From IMG/VR virus record IMGVR_UViG_3300045988_072631: a stretch of DNA of 64,000 nucleotides; one strand, given 5' to 3'. Within the stretch, counting starts at the first letter, position 1; every line of letters starts with the position of its first letter. Under the pieces are notes generated by a model that did no database searches, was not told the DNA's origin, and saw only the letters and a list, made by a program, of their open reading frames with translations. Source of the stretch: a virus. The translations under genes and the position numbers were made by a program. This document shows, piece after piece, positions 10,038-17,800 of the stretch.

Positions 10038-10184
10038 CCTATCTGCCATGAGCAGAAAAGGTATCCGGTTCTTGCATGGCAGTTACCGGTTTTTGAAGAT
10101 TGAGCGTTGCCGGAAGGCAGCAGGGGCGTGCTATAGGTGGTGGAGGGCAGCACGCAAAATTAAAGTAGGAAGGCGGTATATGAT

Positions 10185-10499
10185 GTGACGATACAGGTAT
10201 CGGCAGCAATCATTATAAGCGTGTTATCACTGAGTTTTTCCGTCTTTATGGGTCTGAAAAGTGATAAGCGGACAGACACAAAGGATATTGAGGAACGTGT
10301 AAAAGAAAATACACGCATTAACATGAAACTGGATGCAATATCGAATAACACAACTGAAATTAAAAACGAGGTTTCCGAGATGAGGAAAGAGATCAATTCC
10401 CATGATGGAAGAATTGTTAAGGTTGAGGAAAGTGTAAAGTCGGCGCATCACAGGTTGGACGGCTTGGAAGAGCGTCTTAATGAGCATAAGGAGGCTTAA
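10185..10499 (+). CDS. N-terminally membrane-anchored coiled-coil protein (holin-associated?)
   Basis: GTG start after GGAAGGCGG. TM helix AAIIISVLSLSFSVFMGL followed by a heptad-rich region. Confidence 0.5.
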   Translation: MTIQVSAAIIISVLSLSFSVFMGLKSDKRTDTKDIEERVKENTRINMKLDAISNNTTEIKNEVSEMRKEINSHDGRIVKVEESVKSAHHRLDGLEERLNEHKEA

Positions 10500-10502
10500 A
10501 TT

Positions 10503-10829
10503 ATGGATATTATGCAGACATTGATTGCCAACATGACTATTATATTGGCAATTATCGGTGCCCTGGCGTTTATGGTATCTGTGGTTACACAGGTGGTCAA
10601 AGGAGTGGGATTTCTGTCAAAAATTCCTACGGATGCCTTGGTGTTTTTCCTGTCTATCGGAATTACTGTAGCTGCTTTTGCGGCCTATATGCAGTATGTC
10701 CGAATGGAAATATTGTGGTATATGATTTTTGCAGCTATCATGGCAGGATTTATTGTTGCATTTGTTTCTATGTATGGATGGGAAAAATTAACAAAACTGT
10801 GGAAGAGATTCGGCAAGGATGTGAAGTGA
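10503..10829 (+). CDS. holin-like protein (3 TM helices, basic C-terminus)
   Basis: 108 aa, three hydrophobic helices, KLWKRFGKDVK tail. Confidence 0.6.
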   Translation: MDIMQTLIANMTIILAIIGALAFMVSVVTQVVKGVGFLSKIPTDALVFFLSIGITVAAFAAYMQYVRMEILWYMIFAAIMAGFIVAFVSMYGWEKLTKLWKRFGKDVK

Positions 10830-10830
10830 G

Positions 10831-11256
10831 ATGCTTGACATTAACAAACAGCTGATGAAGTACTCACAACACGGTCAAAAAGTTACCATCTATGAAAAAG
10901 ATGATGATGGAAATATCAAATACTACGTGGATGGTGACGGAAACAAAATCCCTCTGATTGCAGATGAGAAAGTTGGTTTTTCAGAACCGAAAGAGTTTTA
11001 TACCAATATCAGTAATAAGTTGAGCGAAGTTCTGGTAAAAGAGTTTGGAGTTGACGACAGTAGCACTTATGTACAGATCGTTACCGATAAAGGATACCTC
11101 CCTTTGAAAGCCGGTGATGTGGTCTGGAAGAAGTCGGAAGTCGGTTATGATGATTCTGGACTCGTGGACAGCACAACAGCTGATTATGAGGTTAAGGGAG
11201 TTGCTGATGAGGGTCTGACTGTTGACCTGTTTTTGCTCCAAAAGATTGTAAAGTAG
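10831..11256 (+). CDS. hypothetical virion/neck protein (141 aa)
   Basis: ORF track; tight coupling within the structural operon. Confidence 0.5.
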   Translation: MLDINKQLMKYSQHGQKVTIYEKDDDGNIKYYVDGDGNKIPLIADEKVGFSEPKEFYTNISNKLSEVLVKEFGVDDSSTYVQIVTDKGYLPLKAGDVVWKKSEVGYDDSGLVDSTTADYEVKGVADEGLTVDLFLLQKIVK

Positions 11257-11263
11257 GTAATTT

Positions 11264-11587
11264 ATGAAGAAAACAGTATTGATTCTTGGAACAGAATATG
11301 CAATTATTCACGAACATTTTGGAGAAAAAGGCGAAGACGGTTTTTGCGATTACACAAGCAAAGAAATCCATATCAGAAATGATAATGAAAATGAAGTTGG
11401 TAATTTTGAATGGTTGCAAAAGAAACAGCTCCGCCACGAATTGATACATGCCTTTTTGTGCGAAAGTGGATTAGAATCCAACTATGAGCATTTCAAACAG
11501 TATGGGCATGAAGAAACAATGGTTGATTGGATTGCGATTCAGTTTCCAAAGATTCTTAAAGTTTTTAATGATCTTGATATTTTGTAG
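11264..11587 (+). CDS. small HExxH metallopeptidase-like protein
   Basis: RHELIHAF motif. Paralog of 58044-58373 (HELCHCF), with a shared ...EE..DWI tail. Confidence 0.55.
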   Translation: MKKTVLILGTEYAIIHEHFGEKGEDGFCDYTSKEIHIRNDNENEVGNFEWLQKKQLRHELIHAFLCESGLESNYEHFKQYGHEETMVDWIAIQFPKILKVFNDLDIL

Positions 11588-11594
11588 GTGCGAT

Positions 11595-12098
11595 ATGTCA
11601 AAAACCATTTCAGTATCATTGTCAGAAAAATCATTCCGGGATGCATCAAAAGAGATTTTGAAGTACAAAAAAGAAATCATTGCGAAGTGCCGGACGTTTG
11701 CGGAGCGTCTGGCAGAACGTGGTGTAGAGATTGCTCAAATGAAAATTCAAAGTCACAACGCAGTTTATACTGGTGAACTGTGGGCGAGCATACAAAAGAC
11801 TCCTGGAATGGTTTTACAGTATGGCAGCACTTATATCGTCTACACGGATTGCCCGTGGGCGAAATATGTTGAATTTGGTACTGGTATTACCGGTTCGCAT
11901 AATCCTCACCCGAATACATCTGTATCCGGTTGGAAATATGATGTTAATGAGCATGGGGAATCCGGCTGGTTTTACTACAGAGACGGAGAGTGGCACTGGA
12001 CAAAAGGAATGCCGTCCAGACCGTTCATGTACGAGACCGATCTGGAACTGATACTGGAAATTTCAAAGATTGCAAAGGAGGTGTTCGGCAATGGCTAG
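11595..12098 (+). CDS. HK97 gp10-like neck/tail component
   Basis: WAKYVEFGTG...SRPFM pattern. Internal ATG of track ORF 11484-12098. Confidence 0.65.
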   Translation: MSKTISVSLSEKSFRDASKEILKYKKEIIAKCRTFAERLAERGVEIAQMKIQSHNAVYTGELWASIQKTPGMVLQYGSTYIVYTDCPWAKYVEFGTGITGSHNPHPNTSVSGWKYDVNEHGESGWFYYRDGEWHWTKGMPSRPFMYETDLELILEISKIAKEVFGNG

Positions 12099-12489
12099 TG
12101 GTAACCAATGGGCATTTGACATTGACACAAATGTGTTTTCAAAAATCTATGCTCAGCTTCATGAGAAATATCCAAAAGCTCTTATCACTCGTGATGAGCA
12201 GTCGAGCACCACACCTACATTCCCAACGATTCTTATACAGGCATTAGAGCCGGTAGAACGGAATCCAGATCTGGAAACTCAGATCAATAGCGTGCTGTTT
12301 AGCACACAGATCAAGGTAACTACAAACAAAGACAGAAGTACAGCCATGAGCATAGCAAGCGAAGTGGCAAAGCGTTATAAGGATTTATCGTTTCAGTTGA
12401 TTGGAATGCCTTATTGTCGGAAAGAAGATAAGCTGTGGGCAGCTACATTCCGTGCAAGACGAACATTCGATTGGAACGACAGATTATAA
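12091..12489 (+). CDS. tail completion/terminator-like protein
   Basis: ATGGCTAG overlap with the previous stop. Lies just upstream of the major tail gene. Confidence 0.45.
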   Translation: MASGNQWAFDIDTNVFSKIYAQLHEKYPKALITRDEQSSTTPTFPTILIQALEPVERNPDLETQINSVLFSTQIKVTTNKDRSTAMSIASEVAKRYKDLSFQLIGMPYCRKEDKLWAATFRARRTFDWNDRL

Positions 12490-12514
12490 AGAGCAGCAAT
12501 GCTCTTATTTTTTT
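12490..12514 (+). terminator. intrinsic terminator
   Basis: AGAGCA-GCAA-TGCTCT followed by TATTTTTTT. Confidence 0.55.
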
Positions 12515-12538
12515 ACTTATTTTTAGGAGGTAAGAATT

Positions 12539-12943
12539 ATGGCAACAGGCTTAAAAAGTAGAATTGCTTATAAGGAGCCGAGTTCCAGTGCAGTAGCAGG
12601 TGCTTACTGGGCAGGAACCTACAAGCTGCTTATCAGAGCAAAATCAATTCCTTCCCCGTTCGGCTCCCAGAACATGGTAGATACTTCCACTCTGGAAGAC
12701 CTTGTTGAGACTCAAGAGATGGGAAGACGTTCTGCAGGTTCCATGGAAGTTGAAGGTGCTTTTGAGAAGAAGTACAAAGATGAGATGGTTCAGAATGAGG
12801 GCAAGAAGCTCGACTTCATTATCCTGTACGGTACTGACGGAAAAGGTTCTGAAGGTATTTGCGGATTCATTGGGCAGGAGGCTTTTGCTCCCGGTGAGGC
12901 ATCCGACGACCATCTGACTGGCACTGCTACGGTTTCCGTATAG
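12539..12943 (+). CDS. major tail protein (134-aa product ending at an amber codon)
   Basis: Strong RBS AGGAGG, flanked by terminators, upstream of the chaperone pair. See the extension feature 12944-13119. Confidence 0.65.
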   Translation: MATGLKSRIAYKEPSSSAVAGAYWAGTYKLLIRAKSIPSPFGSQNMVDTSTLEDLVETQEMGRRSAGSMEVEGAFEKKYKDEMVQNEGKKLDFIILYGTDGKGSEGICGFIGQEAFAPGEASDDHLTGTATVSV

Positions 12944-13119
12944 ACCGTCCCGAAGTGGATTGAGGATGACTATGATGTTGCGGTAACAGAGGATGAGAAC
13001 GGTTATCCGACTGCTATTACACTGACAAAAAAATCATAAGCCAGTCTGCTAAAAGCAGAAAAGCCGTGGTGACTGGCTACGATGACGAAACGGCTGAGCC
13101 GGAAGTTGATATGTGGTAA
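12944..13119 (+). other. possible recoded C-terminal extension of the major tail protein
   Basis: 31 in-frame sense codons follow TAG 12941-12943. A7 lies at 13027-13033. The -1 frame stays open for 28 codons to TAA 13117-13119. A GCCAGTC...GACTGGC hairpin starts 6 nt after the A7. Confidence 0.4.
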
Positions 13120-13130
13120 AGGTGAAATGT

Positions 13131-13156
13131 GGGGCGGTCTACGGACTGCCCCCTTT
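13131..13156 (+). terminator. intrinsic terminator (weak T tract)
   Basis: 9-bp stem GGGGCGGTC/GGACTGCCC, loop TACG. Confidence 0.45.
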
Positions 13157-13187
13157 CCTATAACAGATTCATGGAAAGGGAAAAGAA

Positions 13188-13646
13188 ATGAAAGAGATTA
13201 CAGTTAATGGAAACGACTACAAATTAGAGTTTAGCTTTGAAGCAGCAGAGAGAAAAGACTTTGTGTCTATGATGTTCCGCATTGTCTCCGGCGCGGCGCT
13301 TCTGGAAGATGCGGCTGACATGGAGAATCCGACACCTAAAGATATGATTAACGGAACAATCAACATGGTATCTGATATTCCGCACATCTGCCGTACCGGA
13401 TTTTTTGTCGGTCTGATGGAGAATAACCCGGTACCAGAGACAGAAGCAAAAGCTCTGATGAAATCATATATGAAAGAGAATAAAATCGGCTATGCAGACC
13501 TGTATGAAGACCTGCGTAAATGCATGGAGGAGGACGGTTTTTTCGAGCTGTCCGGAATCACCAAAATGCTGAGCCAGATGGCAGAGAATCAGAAGCAGAG
13601 AAAAGTGCCGCAGGATCACAAGCAGAAATCAACTGGCACAAAATAA
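13188..13646 (+). CDS. tail assembly chaperone (G-like)
   Basis: 152 aa between the major tail and tape measure genes. An overlapping -1 ORF extends it. Confidence 0.7.
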   Translation: MKEITVNGNDYKLEFSFEAAERKDFVSMMFRIVSGAALLEDAADMENPTPKDMINGTINMVSDIPHICRTGFFVGLMENNPVPETEAKALMKSYMKENKIGYADLYEDLRKCMEEDGFFELSGITKMLSQMAENQKQRKVPQDHKQKSTGTK

Positions 13647-14002
13647 TCTGGGAAGAATACTTCCCGGTGGCTTTTTCCATCGGAATTTCAATAGATGAAT
13701 TTAAGCACCTTAATCCCACGAAACTTGGATATTGTCTGAAAGGCTATGCAATCCAGGAACGTAGGAAGGATGCACAGATGTGGGCATGGTTAGGAAATTA
13801 CGGCTTGTCTGCCGTGGCTACAGCCATTGAGCATAACTTTGCAAAGCATCCTAAATCCAAATATATTGAAAAACCGATGCTTCAAGATGAAAAAGAAAAT
13901 ACTTCTGGCAACACTGAGTCGAGAGAGGAATGTGCTGTGTATGAAATGAAGCAGCGAATCAACCTTCTCCGGCAGCAAGGTTTACCAGAAAGTCCTGATT
14001 AG
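13538..14002 (+). CDS. -1 frameshift extension of the tail assembly chaperone (GT-like)
   Basis: Slippery T_TTT_TTC at 13538-13544 in the G frame. The -1 frame is open to 14002, giving a predicted fusion of about 271 aa. Confidence 0.6.
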   Translation, partial: FFRAVRNHQNAEPDGRESEAEKSAAGSQAEINWHKIIWEEYFPVAFSIGISIDEFKHLNPTKLGYCLKGYAIQERRKDAQMWAWLGNYGLSAVATAIEHNFAKHPKSKYIEKPMLQDEKENTSGNTESREECAVYEMKQRINLLRQQGLPESPD

Positions 14003-14014
14003 GAGGAAATTATT

Positions 14015-14728
14015 ATGAGAATTAACGTACATGCCGGACATAACCCGGCAGGAAAAGTTGCGTGTGGCGCAGTAGGTCTTATTCAGGAGTCTGTAGAGGA
14101 CAGGAGAGTAAAGGATGAGGTTATCAATCAGCTCCGGCAGCTTGGACATACGGTCTATGACTGTACCGTGGATAATGGCACGGGACAGAAAGACGTATTA
14201 CGGAAAATTGTGCAGAAATGCAGACTGCATGAAGTTGATCTGGATGTATCCATCCACTTCAACTCCGGTGCGAATGATAAATCAGGTAACGCCAAGACAA
14301 CCGGAGTCGAGGTACTGGTTTACTCTGCGTCCAGCAAAGCAAAAGTCTATGCTGAAAAAGTCTGTGCTGCTATTGCAAGATTAGGTTTCCGGAATCGTGG
14401 TGTAAAGGTAAATTCCAGTCTGTATGTGCTGAAAAATACCAAGGCACCTGCAATGCTGGTTGAGTGCTGCTTCGTGGACGATAAGGACGATGTGAAACTC
14501 TATAATCACTATGAGATGGCATCAGCTATCGTTTACGGAATCACCGGCGAGAAGGTCTCTGCGACCTCTGAAACCGAAAAAGCAGATGCAGGTGAGGAAA
14601 CTACCACCGGCAATCCAAAAGCTCTTTATCGGGTGCAGGTGGGCGCATACGGTGTAAAGGGAAATGCGCAGACAATGGCAGATAAACTGAAAAAGGCCGG
14701 TTTTGATGCGGCAATCGTGCAGGCATAA
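14015..14728 (+). CDS. N-acetylmuramoyl-L-alanine amidase (Amidase_3) with C-terminal SPOR domain
   Basis: MRINVHAGHNPAG...SIHFN...ECCFVDDKDD. C-terminus YRVQVGAYGVKGNAQTMADKLKKAGFDAAIVQA. Confidence 0.8.
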   Translation: MRINVHAGHNPAGKVACGAVGLIQESVEDRRVKDEVINQLRQLGHTVYDCTVDNGTGQKDVLRKIVQKCRLHEVDLDVSIHFNSGANDKSGNAKTTGVEVLVYSASSKAKVYAEKVCAAIARLGFRNRGVKVNSSLYVLKNTKAPAMLVECCFVDDKDDVKLYNHYEMASAIVYGITGEKVSATSETEKADAGEETTTGNPKALYRVQVGAYGVKGNAQTMADKLKKAGFDAAIVQA

Positions 14729-14746
14729 TTTTAGTCTGATTTTATG

Positions 14747-14780
14747 GGGCAGTAGGTGTCAAAGCTTACTGCCCTTTTTT
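14747..14780 (+). terminator. intrinsic terminator
   Basis: 10-bp stem GGGCAGTAGG/CTTACTGCCC followed by T6. Confidence 0.7.
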
Positions 14781-14854
14781 GCTTATAACGAGCAACCGGA
14801 CACAGTTTTAGGTGTTCGCTAACCATCTAAAAACTAATGGTGGAGGTGAAATAA

Positions 14855-17800
14855 ATGGCAGCAACCACGATTGATGATCTTCAGATCAAGATTGAAGCGG
14901 ATGCGAAAACTGCTTCTGATAAGCTGGATGCACTTGCTCAAAGCATGGTGAAACTGGCATCAAGCCTGAGCATCAACGTTGGCAAGATGTCTGGTGTTGC
15001 TATTGGACTTAATAGCATTACCAAGGCATCGCAGAATCTCAATTCCAGAAACATTACTACGATGTCAACGGCTCTTGGAAAGATAGCAGGTGTGGATTCT
15101 GCTCAGATTTCCAGAGTAGCTGGTTCTATGACGCAGCTCAAAAACAGCGTTTCTGGCGGTTTTAACACCGATATGAGCGGAATAGTGAATGTTGCTGATT
15201 CGTTGTCAAAACTGGGCGGTATAAAAGCTACACAGGGCGCGCAAAACCTTGTGCTCATAAAAGATCAGCTTGCTCAATTTGTGCAGGGAATGAACAGCGT
15301 AGGAACATTTACGTTTGACCCAACCGGTCTGACAAACACAATTAAAGCTATTGCGAAGCTGGGCGGAAAGACCGCAACGCAGGCAACGGCAAATCTTCCG
15401 AGCATTTCTGCTCAATTACAGAATTTTGTCCGGCAGATGAACCAGATCGGCTCTATGTCGTTTGACAACAAGAATCTGACCGACCTTGTAACGTCCATAG
15501 GCAGGCTAGGAAGCGTCGCAAGTGGGCGAGCGGTAAATAATATACCTTTGCTTGCAAACAACCTTAAATACCTGTTTGAGACGCTCTCAAAAGCACCATA
15601 CATCAGCCAGAACATTATCCAAATGACCACGGCACTGGCTAATCTGGCACGTACAGGAGCATCTAGTGGTACTGCGGCAAGATCACTGGGAACAAGTCTT
15701 TTCTCATTCTCAAAATCTGCCGGTAACGCAAGAAAGAGTGCATTTTCTTTGGCAGGTGCTATCGGCAAGTTTTACGCAACTTACTGGATGGTCATTAGAG
15801 GGATTGGACTTTTCCGGGATGCTATTGATATCTCATCCGATTTAACTGAGGTTGAGAACGTTGTCCGTACCACGTTCGGAAATATGGAGTACAAGGTTAA
15901 TGACTTTGTGCAAAACTCCATTCAGCAGTTCGGTATGTCCGAGCTTTCCGTTAAGCAGTATGCCAGTACATTCCAGGCAATGGGGACTGCTATGGATGTC
16001 GGTGGAAAACAGATCGAGAACGCAAACAGGTTCTTAAATGGTGCCACAGATGGATATATTGGATTGTCAGATTCTATGTCAGATGTGTCTTTGAATCTTA
16101 CTAAACTGACTGCGGATATGGCATCTTTCTACGACAAAGATCAGGCAGATGTAGCCAAAGACCTGCAATCTGTATTCACCGGAATGGTAGTTCCGCTACG
16201 TAAATATGGACTTGATCTGACGCAGGCTACTCTGAAAGAGTGGGCAATGAAGAACGGCATGGATGCTGATATTAAGTCCATGACGCAGGCAGAAAAGGCA
16301 ATGCTGCGGTATCAGTACGTCCTAGCAAATACCACGGCAGCACAGGGGGACTTCGCCAGAACAGCCGATACATGGCATAACACTGTTGTCAGGCTGAAGC
16401 AGTCCTTCCAGCAGTTGGGCGGCATTATTGGTGGTGCGCTGATTAACGCATTCAAACCGTTTTTACGGACTCTGAATTTTGTTATGCAAAAGGTAATCAG
16501 CTTTGCAACAACGGTAACAAATGCCCTTGGTGCAATCTTCGGCTGGAAATTTGAAGTGTCCGGCGGTGGTGTAGCTGACGAATGGTCAGATGCGGCAAGT
16601 TCGGCTGATGATCTGGCAGACAGTACCGGTAAAGCAGCTGACAATACAAAGAAGATGAAAACCAATCTTCTGGCTATTGACGAATTAAATGTACTTAACC
16701 CGGATGATTCAGATTCCGGTTCCGGCGGTTCTGGTTCCGGTGCAGGTGGCGCAGGTGGCGGTGCTGGCTCTGGTGGTCTGGTTAAGACAGACACTATCTT
16801 TAAGGATTTTCAGAGTAACATTAAAGATTTATACCAGCTTGGACGGTATATCAGCGAGGAATTGTCCCGTGCAATGGAAAGTATTGACTGGGATAGCATT
16901 TACGAAAAAGCTAGAAACTTCGGAAAAGATCTGGCGGATTTCCTTAATGGTCTTATCAATCCGAGATTATTTGGAAATATCGGAAAAACCATAGCCGGAG
17001 CGCTGAATACAGCTCTGGAATTTTTAAATTCCTTCGGAACAGAATTTGACTGGACAAACTTTGGGGAGTCTATTGCTGCTGGAATCAATAAGTTTCTCTC
17101 AAACTTTAATTTCAAACTTTTAGCAACTACATTGAATACGTGGGTAAAAGGATTTGAAAAAGCGTTCGTTGCAGCAATAAAGAAATTCAAATGGTCAAAT
17201 CTGGTAAATGCCTTTACTGACTTCTTCGGAAATTTAAGGCTTGATACTGCATTGCTTTTGTTAATTCCTGCTTCTGGTAAAGTTACAAAAGCTTTCAAAG
17301 ACCTCAACAATGCAGTAAAACTGGTATCTTCTGGAATTGGTGCTTTCACTGGTGATGCAGATAGTATTAGCTACCTAGCAACAAAATCCTCTTCCCTTGC
17401 ATCTGCTGTTAATGTGGCAGGAGATTCTTTCCAGAGATTGATGTTTGGCATTCATTACGGAGACTGGGCTGGTGGATTAAATTCAGCCATTACAAACATA
17501 AGAGATAATCTCACCGGATTGCAAAAGGGCATTATAGGTGTTACTTCCGTAGTCGCAGAATTTGCGCTCATCCGTACTGCTTTTTACGATCTTCAGTCTG
17601 GAAGTGAAAACTTAGTTTCTTCCATTTCTAAAATTGCAGTAGGAGCAGGTGCAGCGAGCGCTGCTTTGTATGTTGCATTCGGTCCCGCTGGATTGGCAGT
17701 AGCGGCATTTACAGCTTTAGCGGCAGCAATAAGCGGAACAAGTAGAGCTTTTTCCGAGCAGGAAGATATGACGCTTTACGGTGAAAAGCTGTCTGATATT

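Noticed and set aside
10185-10499. Calling the coiled-coil membrane protein XhlA
   Set aside because: As I recall, XhlA has the coiled coil at the N-terminus and the TM helix at the C-terminus. This protein has the reverse topology, so only a generic holin-associated label is justified.
15412-16794. Minus-strand ORFs inside the tape-measure gene (including the Pro-rich 16312-16794)
   Set aside because: They are antisense shadows of the Gly/Ser-rich TMP segments. No translation signals are present.
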